A stretch of DNA of 64,000 bases from Tricharina praecox (taxonomy: Eukaryota). The notes under the pieces were generated by a model that saw only the letters and a list, made by a program, of their open reading frames with translations, was not told the DNA's origin and made no database searches. Location of the stretch: positions 806,001 through 870,000 of the forward strand of contig NW_026250417.1 of assembly GCF_024521635.1 (NCBI RefSeq), given 5' to 3'. Numbering within the stretch: the stretch's first letter is position 1; each line of letters starts with the position of its first letter. Positions 37,600 to 48,962 of the stretch are shown piece after piece. Made by a program: the position numbers and the translations under genes.

Positions 37600-38560
37600 A
37601 CTCCGGAGAGTAAGAGGGCATATGTATGCGCCTTTCTGCATGTAGAGGCATAATGGCCTGTACCTTTGCATGTTGGGCAGCGGGGTAGAGCACGGTCTGG
37701 GATATTCGGTAACCCTCCCTCATGCTCCTGCTGGTATTTCCTTCTCATTTCATCCTTAGTCATCCGCTTCTTTGGGGGGTCGCCCTTTGGGAACACGGGT
37801 GAATGGTGGTTCACAATGCCCTCCTCCAACACATAGTTGGGACGGGGCAACCCCCCGCCGCCGATTTGCGCCCAGTTTAACTGCTGGAGGGTCACCAAGC
37901 ATCAGCATCTGACTACCCTTCACAATCCAATCCAATCAAAAGGAGACATACGTACGCGGACGGTTGGGATTTTCGGGGTGGAGCGGCCAGTCTATGTCCG
38001 GCCCCACCCCCACGAACAATTCGTCCACAGTAACTTCTACCAACGTGAGGGAGGTTATTCTCTCCCATGGGGGAGAGATTTTGCTCGGCCTCAGCCGAGA
38101 TCCTCTAAACGCCCTCTTGCGGTCGATCGATTCGGGTCGCACAGAAGAAATCCTTCCACTCTGTGGGTGAAGGATGTTACTGTGGATGAGAGTAGGGGTA
38201 GAGGGTGACGAACTGGAGAAGCTCGTACCCAGTAGGCATGTTTTTTTAGAAGGCACCTAGGGCGGGTATGTCGTGGACGGTAAAACGTAGAGGTAAAAGG
38301 TATCTGAAGTGGGATACTCGAATGTTGTTTTGTTGGTGGAGTAGGAAAGTAGAAGAGAAGAAGAGGAGGAGGAAGGGGAGGTCGATTCTTATAGAAAACG
38401 GGGCAGGTAATTTCCCCGACATGCTTGGCACACAAACAAGATCGTGAAGTTCTGCTAGTGTCTTTTGGTTTGTTTCGGCGAATCTCCTCTCACATAGAAC
38501 TGTCCCTGTGATCCCGCGGGGTAAAGTGGTTTCGAGATCGAGTGAGAGAGTGTGTGGGGC
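37600..38560 (-). pseudogene. Fragmented transposon-like coding relic ending in a CCHC zinc knuckle (possibly a Mutator-like transposase C-terminus)
   Basis: PVFPKGDPPKKR...RCPTCKGTGHYASTC is CX2CX4HX4C preceded by a basic Pro-Lys motif. Upstream reading is broken across frames and lies next to a MITE relic. Boundaries are approximate. Confidence 0.45.
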
Positions 38561-39578
38561 TTGCAACCGGAACAGAACAAACACTTGAATGCTTCCAGCA
38601 ACGCTACGCTCGTCAAGTAACCTTGCCCACCTAGTCTAATATGATCCGGAGTCATGCGAGTGGTGCTCGCTGGGTGTTATGACAGCCTACCTACATACCT
38701 AGCCTTTACAACTTTACATGACGAGTTTCATACCGTCAGGAGCTCCTAGAGCAAGGCATAGCCTACATAGCTCTCGACGCACCGACTAAAATCAGTCAGA
38801 GAGTGGTAGGACAGCTGCTTCTGACTGCTGACGACCGAGATGTTTTTTCGATCCGCCTTTTGGATCCAGCTTTGGCTTCCCAGATAACCAACTACATGGC
38901 CCTTATGCGTCCGTGCTATGATTGCAACGTGGGCGCTCATGGGTCCTAAGCGGGTTCGGATAGATCATTTGATTGAGCCACTATGATGTATATAGAAATG
39001 ATTAACCAGCGGGATCGCCGGAATAACTCGCCATGCCAGAAACATTTGCGGTGCGGAGTAAACAATCAGGTGGGGGATTATAAACAACAACAACACTTGA
39101 TGGTAGGAATTCTGGCGGCAACTTCGTCTTCTGCTTTGTGAGTGCGACTCCTGGCTTCTACCAAGGCCTGCCTGCCTGCGGTTGCTGACGAGTTGTTCAG
39201 GAGTTGATTACAAAATGGGGGCCTGAAAATCCGCCGCATGTCCCCCATCCAAAGTTTTCCGGCTCCGTGTGGCATGAGGTTGTGTCGTCGCACCACAGAT
39301 TACCCCAGCCTACCAGCATCGTTGTATCGTAACCTGCACGGCCGAGTAAGACCACAGCCGTAGGAATATTATTTTTAGGACCAGGAGCTTTTTTCAGAGC
39401 AACATTAAATCATGGACGAAGCTGGGGGAGGGTGGGTGAGGGGGAATAAGTTGTATAAGACGGCTGCTCCACGGTCTCAAGTGGTCTCATCAGCGCAACA
39501 GATCATGGAATTCAAACCTCCCCCTCAAACGCTCCAACTTTTACCTTCAAATATCCCAAAGCACCTTACCACTGAAAA

Positions 39579-39911
39579 ATGCAGTTCGCCACATCCCTCG
39601 CCCTCTTCCTCTCCGCAGCTATCTTCCTGGCGGTGCCATTGGCAGCCCCCAATGCTGCCGCCCAGGACGAATGCCGCACCGTTGCGTCGCAGACCGCCAC
39701 GTCCCGCACATGCGCCATCATTCTTCCGCTCCGCAGTGTGCTGTGCCGCGCTTAACCGTCGGTGCTTGCGCCGATCGTGAAGACGGAGCTCATCGCCGCC
39801 GAGATCGAGTGCTGGTACTACTTCAATGCCCCGGCTGTCTCTACCGGATACTGGGACCGCACTGTTGATGACTGCTGGATCTTTGAGAGCGCGCTGCAGC
39901 TGGGATGTTGA
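39579..39911 (+). CDS. Small secreted Cys-containing protein interrupted by an in-frame TAA at 39753-39755 (intron-containing gene or pseudogene)
   Basis: MQFATSLALFLSAAIFLAVPLAAPNAAAQDECRTVASQTATSRTCAIILPLRSVLCRA*PSVLAPIVKTELIAAEIECWYYFNAPAVSTGYWDRTVDDCWIFESALQLGC*. It has a signal-peptide-like N-terminus, an AAAAATG start context and a TATAAG about 125 bp upstream. Confidence 0.6.
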
Positions 39912-40319
39912 GGTGGGTTACATGCTCCGTGCCTGGATGAGTGGGATTGCTGGTTGCTGACCCGCGGGTGTAGAAACTCTTCCTCGGTGCTCTTTGTAGG
40001 ATACCGACGGCCACGCAGGGAGATTTTCGAAGGGCATGTCCGGTATACAAGGCCGGAGTGTGTGCGTAAGAGGTGAATGGCGATGGATAGGGGTTGTCAC
40101 ATTCGTTTAACGTTTCCCCTCTGTCATGGTTTCTATTCTGTTGCTTAATCTACTCTTTTTCAACGGTTGCCTGCGGACGCGCGGCATTACCGCCTTTAAT
40201 ACAAGCTCGTGTGATACCGCATCTTCCTCAGGTGATCAATTCTTCATATGTAATTGCTATGGTATGGTACAGTTAATTAAGCGTAATATGTACATTGCCG
40301 TCGGTGCCGAGAACCCCCA

Positions 40320-41180
40320 TCATAGCATCGATTCGTACGCCGTCTTGAAATACTCTTCCTCCCTCACATCACAGACCAGCATGTGGCCCGGGCTGTGTGC
40401 CATAACAATGCCCTTGACCTTGTCCCCCGCGCTCATGATAGCATTCTGCGGGGTGACGCCACACCCCCAGAAGACGGGTATCTCGCCCTCGCGGAGCTCG
40501 ACGGGATCCCCAAAGTCCGGATCTGACAGGTCCCTGATACCCAGCTCCTGCAGCGCCTCCCACCCCCACGCAATCGGCTCTCCGTGCATCTCCGAGTACC
40601 GACGGGTGATATTCCGCACCGTCCCCACGTCCTGGGGTCTATACGGCCGCATCGAAACCACGTACGTGGCGTCCGTGAACACCCCCGCGGGGTTCAGCCG
40701 CCGTGTCGTCGTGTACATGCTCACGTTGCAGCGTCGCTCGACATGGCGCGGGACGAGTCCTGCGTCTGCCAGGGCGCCGTCGAAGGAGAACGAACAGCCG
40801 ATTAGGAAGGCTACGTGGCTGGTTTCGTCCCAGACGTCGGCGAGGGAGAGCTCGCCGGCGTGGATCAGTTTCCCTGCCGAGTAGATGTTGTAGCGCGGGA
40901 TGTCGGTGCGGAGGTCGAAGGGCGTGGTGAGCAGCGGCGAGGAGAGGAACGTCGCTGTGCCAGTTGCGAGAAGCGGGCATGGAACCGGGTTGCGCAGACA
41001 TAGGGAGCGGAAATCGGCGGCGTGAGCTTGTGGCAGGACCAGTAGGTTCGCTTGGATGTAGCCTCCTGCGAGGCCCGCTGTTGGTGCTGTGTATCTGTTC
41101 TGTCGGCAGAGGAGTCGGACGGCGTGGGCCGGATTTGCCGGTGCCTCTATGGTGTCTCTCTCAAGAATCGGTGCTGTCAT
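40320..41180 (-). CDS. DUF1445 family putative hydro-lyase / D-glutamate cyclase-like protein, intronless
   Basis: PTAGLAGGYIQANLLVLP...FRSLCLRNPVPCPLL...DLRTDIPRY...AFLIGCSFSF...NVSMYTT...VVSMRP...HGEPIAWG...PVFWGCGVTPQ...HSPGHMLVCD. Confidence 0.9.
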   Translation of the reverse strand: MTAPILERDTIEAPANPAHAVRLLCRQNRYTAPTAGLAGGYIQANLLVLPQAHAADFRSLCLRNPVPCPLLATGTATFLSSPLLTTPFDLRTDIPRYNIYSAGKLIHAGELSLADVWDETSHVAFLIGCSFSFDGALADAGLVPRHVERRCNVSMYTTTRRLNPAGVFTDATYVVSMRPYRPQDVGTVRNITRRYSEMHGEPIAWGWEALQELGIRDLSDPDFGDPVELREGEIPVFWGCGVTPQNAIMSAGDKVKGIVMAHSPGHMLVCDVREEEYFKTAYESML

Positions 41181-42666
41181 GGTGATTTCGGTCGATTATT
41201 CGGAGTTTAAGTGAATTCAGGTGGGAGGTCGAAGGTATTATTCGTTTTGTGGTAGAATGTCTTCTGGATGGATTGACTCCAACCGAGGGATTAATGTGGC
41301 CTTTTTAAAAGATTTTGGTCTTCTAGTAATTTGGCCGGGAAGGCTGACGTCTCATGTTATTGTGTGGTAAGTGGAATGTTCCTCCAGCCTGACGTGACGA
41401 CAAAAGTGACAGGGAGTTGGGCCTCCGGCGACTCCTTCCTAGCCGTCGATCATTTGACGGGTGAGCACATGCTTGTATGGCGATGGCGTTTTCGCGCACC
41501 AGTAGGACTCGCGTATCGATGCATTTTGAAGTGAGACTTGCATTTCAATGCGCAATAAGATGCATCGCTGGCCGGAGCTAGGACTTCGGACTTCAGCCTA
41601 CGACTGGTGGCTTATCACTTGTGGTGGTAGTGAAGATATGCACTTTTTAGCGGGAAGGAGTTCGTTCTCCGGATCTCGAGGTGCAGCTGCCAGCCATCGG
41701 ATTGTCTGCAGGCAACCTCCAGATGGTATTAATAGTGCATATTCGTTTGTAGATAGAGGACAGGAAGTCTGGAACGCCTCGATGGATCGAAACAAGCAAA
41801 TAAGTCGTAGAACCGAGTGATATGAGGTGTCACGCAGCCTTTCCGAGCTTCCAGCCGTCGGAATGCCGGTTGTGCCGACTGTGCCGAGGCTAGGCGTTTT
41901 ATCGTTGTGAAATATGACGCAGCTTGAATGTTGAATTTGGGCCGAGGAGGGATTTTGGCGGGCTGGAGGCTACGGTTGGGATATCCGGAAGTGGAGGAGT
42001 CAAGCCTGGCTTGGGCAGATGCTGGTGAAGTAGAGTCTAGACTCGGATCCTAGAGCGGTTCTGGAGCAGGAGGGTAAGTGTGAATAAGGAGAGGATGGGA
42101 ATGCTGGTGAATGAGGTGGGTGCTGGTATGTATCAGTATCGGTTTCGCAAATCCGATGCCGACTCAGGGATAGGGAGTTGGAAAGCTCGGGTAGTGTGTG
42201 CCACCACCACTGCACTGACAGCTCCTCATATAAGTGGTTTACTGTCTGCCGATTTGCCTTTGCTTGTAGTTATTGTTTTTGGTTTCTCCATTGATAGCCT
42301 ATAATCTATCTGGCACTCTAGGTAGTCCGGTTTTACTGTCTGCGACTGGTATGTACAAGCCGGAGTGGTTACAGCGACTCAGAAACCCCGACTGCCGACA
42401 AATGTGATTCGACTAAGAGGAACATAGGAAAGAAAGAAGCCCGCCAATCAAACCTGCCGCTCCGTATTCCATCGACTCACACACCACCATGAGCGCGAGG
42501 AGTTCATATCTGTTGCTCTCTCTTCCACTTTCTCGGTTCATCACAAGTTCCTTCTCTCACTCGTGAATATTGCATTGTTCCGTGCATGTACATTCTTCTG
42601 TCACTCGTGCGGCGTTTCTTCGTCAATTTTAGCACCACATAGGTAGGTACCTGATGCAACAAGCTT

Positions 42667-44259
42667 TTATTGGTGATGGTGGTCTCTCAGCTCCTCACTG
42701 AGCATGGAATCCTCATCATCTTGAAAACCCTGACCCCGCTCGAGAACATCAAGGTTCCACGGCAATCTCCCTTCCCAGCCCGCCGACGAGCCATCTGTAA
42801 CGCGGATTAGCATACATCCACTCGAACGAAGGGCACTTCCACGATCCCATGTACTTACACAATGCAAAATAAGCATACTCGACAAGAACCGGCAACCAGA
42901 TGAGTGCCGCCAATATCTGTCCATACCCCATCTCATTCTCCTCATAGTAGTCCCCGGCCGCCATCTGAAACTCGCCCCGGGCACAGAATATCACTATGGC
43001 CGAGGACCACGAAACCAGCAGGCCGAAGGACGCGACGGCCCACAGACCGGGCGTCATGCCGGGCGCTCTCCGAAGGTGGTCAAGATGCTCGCTCACGGTG
43101 AATGGCTTCTGTGCGAAAAGTCCCGTGCGCTTCAGGTACGTCCACCCGACGAGCACCCAGTTTGAAATCTGCGGGATGCCAATCTCCACAGACACATTCC
43201 GCCCCCTCCTGCGGGCGAAGAAGGTGGCCACCGAAGCCAGTACTCCGATGCCCTCGAATATGATAACCACGCTCGCCGGGATGACGATCTGCGGTCTGAA
43301 AAAGAACGTATCGACGGCTCTACATATGGCAAAAGTGTATGGCCGCTCGATAGATCTTTGGTAGAACTCGACCAGACACATGATCGACGTCATCAGCGCG
43401 GTGAGCGTCACAAGCCCGCAACGGAGCTTCCGTCGCCGCAGAGTCTTGTACGTGAAGCCTAGCACCACGTACAGGCTGCCCATCGTCAACAATGAGACGT
43501 GGTGCAGCATGTTCCGCTCGTATATGGTGAGATCCCGGCTGAGATAGCCGAACGTGGCAATGGTGACCGAGAGCGCAAAGAAAGTGGCTGCGTCGAGGAA
43601 GGTGTCCATTATCTTGATTGTCGCGGAAGCGTGTGCCCGCCATATGGCCCCAATCTTGGAGTTTGGGGATTGTGGGAAAGGAAGAAAGGAGGCAAAACAT
43701 AGAGTTACAAAGATGAGCTCAAACACGTACGCGATGACCATCTGCAAACCGTTACTCAGTTCGTTAGCCGAATGCGGGGGAGTTTTTTCGGAACAGGGGG
43801 GTTGCCTACACCAACACCGCTAATGTCGGGGTTTCCGCTCGCGCCGATGAGAACCGAGCAAACGTATGGCTCGCACGCTTTGGCAGCATCGTACAGGATG
43901 TTCGGACCACCACTTGTGTTGTTGAGGGCCTCAATGCTGCTACCGATTCTCGGCGGCTCAAGGCAGACCTCGGCGCTGCTATTGAACGTCTCGAGAGGAA
44001 GAAGATTCCACCAGATCTCTATGGGATCGGGCAGGAGGGTCTGCTTCAGACCGATATCGGCAATCCAGGTGCAGTTCTGCGAAAGATCCGTTTGGAGCCT
44101 TTCGCGATCGGTGTCGGGAATCTTGGAGGTGTTCATGCATCTGTATGTGTATGTTCTATTCGCCTGGAAGGAATTGTTTCCGTGCGGGTAATAATAATGT
44201 TTAAAACCGACTTCTTGGGTCCGAGACATGATTGAAGTTGCTGGAAGGGGACGAGACAT
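42667..44259 (-). CDS. Fungal multi-pass membrane protein with a Cys-containing N-terminal region; introns 43742-43809 and about 42795-42857; start codon uncertain
   Basis: GNPDISGVG|MVIAYVFE precedes several hydrophobic helices (FLDAATFFALSVTIAT...; ENEMGYGQILAALIWLPVLVEY). The spliced tail is YGSSAGWEGRLPW...HHHQ*. A TATAAAT lies on the minus strand near 44425. Confidence 0.7.
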
Positions 44260-45777
44260 TGAGCGTGTACTCGAGTAGTGGTTGTGTATAGATATATCAG
44301 GAACTGGCAAGGACTCAACATCCCATCCCATCAGGAGTAATAGGCGCCAAGCCGCCAATCGTGACTGTCACCGACTTCTCGCATAGCCAGGACAAGCATT
44401 TTTGTCAGCAAGGACACGGTTATTTATACCAGCTGTATCGGCGGAAGCTCGTGGGGTGGGCCACTCTAGCGGTATTATCTACCGCCTACATGGGCGTCAG
44501 GGCATTTGGTGCCGCCCCTGTGACAGGGTTTTAGCCAAGTATCGGCTTGAAGTTTGAACTGCCTGCTTAATTATAATTGTCCGCAGTTGTGAATCGAACT
44601 GCCCGTCGCAGATCCTATCGTGATTCGTAACTGGCTGCGGTGCCGGAAACAACCCTCGAAACCGGTGTTGTCCAGGACTCCAGGAAGACGTCGGGTTGCA
44701 TGGAGTTTATCTCCAGGGATATCGACAGGATACAGTTTCTCCGGGGCGTGCTTCAACCCAGACAAGCAGCAGAGGCGAACCGACCTTACTAACTGCAGCC
44801 TGGGTAAAAACGATCTACAAAGGCAGTGCAAACAACATGGGATTCTGCCTGCCAAGGCTCAAACGGAATATGGGGTGATTGTCGACGGATTTCATCATCG
44901 AACGAACTACTATGTATGTACGGTATTTAGATATCTACCTGTAGACTACTCTCAACCAGGCCTGGGGGTCCGTCCTTAGCTGTGCCCGGGACGGGACCGC
45001 ATTTGGCGGGCCCGAAAAACGAAGGACTGTATGTAGAGCTCCGGAGTCCGGGCAAGCCTGTCGAGGAGAGGATTTTGACCGTTATGTGGCGATGCCGTTT
45101 TGTGGCAGTGGTGGCGCAGCGGGATGATTGGTCGCACGCACTAGTTATCCTTAGCTAGCGGTATGCAGTGTGCCTGTGTCGCCTCACTTCAACCTCATCT
45201 CTCCATTTAAACTAGCACACTGACTTTTCGGCTCCACCCGCGCGAAGCATACCGTACCTTTCTCCACTGGCCTCCTATTGCTGCTACATATATAGTCGAC
45301 CAAGGTCCAGGGTACATACCGGTAGCCGTAGGGGCTTGTTTTGCGGCCGCCGGCGATAGTTAAGGCCGTGCTTGAAGGGATGACGGAGCGAACTTCGAAG
45401 TGCAACCGGCTGTGCGACGTGACGGTATAGTAGTAGCCGATTCCACCGTGGTCACAGTAGCAACTCCGGGAAGCACGTATCCTAGGGCTTACCGAAATTG
45501 TGTGGAAAGTTTGGGTTTTGTGCTGGACTCTGATCGGAAAAGAGACAAAACTCTAGTCTGTTCCGTCCGTCGTCGTGGCAACAGAATTGCGCATCCTGAA
45601 CCTGTGTCGTCTGGAGTCTAGAATGTAAGGAACGCAGTCACACCGAGACTCCTGTCTCTCTCTCCGAGTTCAATTAGACCATGCAACGACCGATATATAT
45701 ACATTCCGCGCCCGCGGCAAACATGAATTAAAAACAAATCCGTTAGAAAATGCATGCAGACTCGAAAACGTCCGTCG

Positions 45778-48700
45778 TCACCAGACGGCCTCCCCAGCCT
45801 TAACTCCCCGTCCAGCCTTCTTCTTGAGCTCCTCGACCACCAACCGTTCCCTTCGTCTCTGCTGCAGTGCAGCCGAGAAGTCCTCGCCGAAGCACCGACA
45901 CTCAGCCTCAGTCTGGAACTCAATTTCGAACCACTTGAAGTCCTCGAATGTATCCTGTCTCTCGATGCCAAGTCCCTCTTTGTCCAGCCTAAACCCGCCG
46001 ATAAGATCCCGTTTCGGGTCACCGAGTACACATGCTTTCACCGAGCTGGGATTGTTGAATGTGCGGTGCGAGCTGGGTCTGATGCGGAGTGTGCGGGTAG
46101 TGTTGACCGGGGTGGCGTGCACCAGGTCGTCAGTGACAAAAATGCTGATGATGATTCCGTCGAGATAGATGACGAGTCGTGTGGCCTTGACTCGCATTAC
46201 TTCTGTTGGTGCGGTGGAGCGCATGGTCGGTGCTCGGCCGTTCATCACGAGTGAGCTGCGGTGAGTAGATGTGCCGCCGCTGAGTTCGGTGGCGGAAGGT
46301 TTCCACAGTTGGATTCGCGCTCGGTGGGTGGTGTGCTCACCGGAGAGAAACCCACGCGTGTAGCGTACGGACCGGATGTTTTGGACGTCGGCCTCGATTG
46401 TTTCGCCCATGAAGGCCTGTTGGAAGTTGAACATATCTGGGCTCTCTTTAGCGTCGCAAACGATGGCCGAGAAAGACGGAGGGATGTACCAATTAGATTG
46501 AGGAACTTGTAATATAAAGATGTAGCGAGCGATGTTCCTGGATTGCTGCTGACCGACGACTTACGACTTGATTTGATGTTCTTGTCCCGGGGTAGGTTAG
46601 GGGCAGGAGAGTACGCTCCCTGTCCCGCCGCTCGAAGGTAGATGACGGGTAGGTTTTCATGATAGCCATATTCGGGTACTAATTCTGTCGCCGATATTGA
46701 AACTGTGACGGGTGAGCGTGAGAAGATCAAGCGAAGGGATGATATTAACCAAACCATTTCTTTGATCGGCATTTCCCCCCAGCAATGTCAGAAGACGATA
46801 TTTGCCTGTGGACTGGTTCTCAAATAGACGAAAACTGCAGTCCTCCCATTCGGCTGAGGATCCAAAAGTTTGCGATGCCATCAACCTCCTTCAGCGTTGG
46901 TTAGTTTATGGGATGGCGGTTGCTACAGGGCCAAAGGGAAATAAGCATACATGGGGCCGAAAACCTGAGGCATAATCTCCCTCTCTCCCGGTTTAGAACC
47001 ATATTCTACAGCGACGTCGGCATTCCATTCCTCGCTAATAGTGGATTCGACCAGGGACGGTGTTCGCACATCATAGGCCGTATCCTGGCGCATTGCTCCG
47101 GCATTCGGTGATGTAGGCTGAACGATGAGATTTGGCGCTAGGTTTGACGATGGCGGAGCGGCCCCCGATGAACCTCGGGAGGAAGAAGAGCTCTGATCGG
47201 ATATGGTTTGCACTTCGTCTGACTGCGATAGCTGCTCGAATCGCGGTGATGGGATGCCATTTGTCGCTGCCACTGGATTTTCGGGGCTGCGTTCGGGTGT
47301 CCATGGCTCTATCTTTACAGGAATATCGAAGCAATCTTCTAGCCCTAATGTTGGAGAGTCGCAATATAGCTCGTCGATGATGGCACTGGGTGTGGGGCTA
47401 GGTGCTCTGTCTTGACTATCCGACACACCCGGCGACAGCAGTGCTGCCGTCCTATGGCTTGACAACATGCCCTCGGTCGAGACGGCAGAGCAAGGAGGAG
47501 TCGGCAATCCTCCGATCGCGTGATCACCCGGGTGTGTGACCATCCCCAAGACGTCGTGATCTTTATGAATATTCACGCGAAGGCCGTTCGGCTGTCTCTT
47601 CTTGCGTCTCGGGTTACGCTGCGGAATCCTCGGAGGCGGAAACAGCGGTGGAGGACAGATTGGCCCCTGGTTTTCTGCTGCGGCAATGGGTGTATAAGGA
47701 GGTGGAGGTGGTGGGGTCAGTGATGGGAGTATCACCGTCGGTGTACCCAGCCCTTGCTTCGTATTTGGGTGGCTACGTGCAGCATTCGCCGCGACTATCC
47801 GTTGAAGATCGGGAACAGTAGTAGGTGAGAAACCATCAAATATCTCTTGCTCTAGCCCCTTTTGTTTCCTCCCTGAGACCTTTGGTGCTGTGTATTGGTC
47901 CGTAAGGTGTTTCGGGAAGATTCGGAAATCGCCATGCCGTAGCACTGTTTCCCTATCCAAAGAACATCCGACCTTCAGTGCAGCGTTGAGTGTGAATAGT
48001 AGCTCCTAAAAAAATGGTGTGAGCTTCCCAACGAGTGGCATGCCCGAGTGGAAACAAGAACCTACGGTAGACACTAGCGCCACGGCAGCCCTTGTCTCGT
48101 TGAATCTTGGGGATATGGACGGTGTACTTTGCATTCTTTGCAAGAGCCAGGCTGCCTTGAGAAGATTGAGGTAGCCTATTGGGCAAAGCTGTTTTGCTTC
48201 CATCACATAGTTGAGTCTCGAGATGGCCTTGAAAGCCCAAAACATGATTATGCGTATGATGGTGTCGGCTGGAAAGTCCTCGAAGAGGTGAGTTTCTCCA
48301 TAGGCGCAGTTACTCTCGAGTTTCCGAGCTATTACGTCTCGTTCAAACCCTTGGAGTTGCTCGGACAATACCCTCGGGAGGTGTTCGGCGACAGCCACTG
48401 CCTGAATTGAGGCCATCATCTTTTCCGAGTCGCTTCTGTGTCCCAAAGGGTCAGCGTTATGCGCAGAGCGATTGTTCGCATGCCGAGTGGGAGGGCGACC
48501 AAACCCCATCAACGTCCGCATCACCATTTCAAAAGCCCAGCAATGATATCCGATTCTCTTCTGCAAGGCTCGCAGCCGCTCGTCACTGCCGTGGAACTGC
48601 GTCTTTATGGCAAAGTAGATCCATCTTTCGGTAGCGTGACGGTCGACATGCAGCGAGATGAGTGTTCTCTCGACGTCCACAAGACTGCCATCCACACCAT

Positions 48701-48962
48701 CCAGCGCTATCCCAAGCCCCTCCGTCGCGGAATGTGCGTTGTCAATCCGGATCGTCTTGGAATTGGCGTTCTCGATCTCGCCGACCAGATGTTCGAGTGC
48801 TCGAGCGAGACGATGGAGCTCTCGACCCAATGAGAGGTAGCTCGCCGGCGCTTGAGAGACTCCTTGGAAGAAGGCAGCGTGGAGGGAGGCTGCACGGCGC
48901 TGCGTGTGGATGTAGACCGCCGGGTCAAAGTCCTTTTCAGTGGTCGATGTCGACGTCGACAT
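45778..48962 (-). CDS. Large multi-exon fungal hypothetical protein: helical N-terminal domain, Pro/Ser-rich middle, beta-rich (PH-like?) C-terminal region
   Basis: Five consecutive minus-strand ORF segments (48006-48962, 46923-47960, 46657-46884, 46245-46772, 45778-46434) have protein-like composition and are separated by plausible short introns. Exact junctions were not fully resolved. Confidence 0.65.

Noticed and set aside
40320..41180. Horizontal transfer of the intronless DUF1445 gene from bacteria
   Set aside because: The family is also present in fungi, and lack of introns alone is not evidence. A phylogeny would be needed.
44620..44979. ORF with a SAP-like fragment (LGKNDLQRQCKQHGILP)
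   Set aside because: The motif is incomplete, there is no ATG start or splice support, and it may be chance or a relic.
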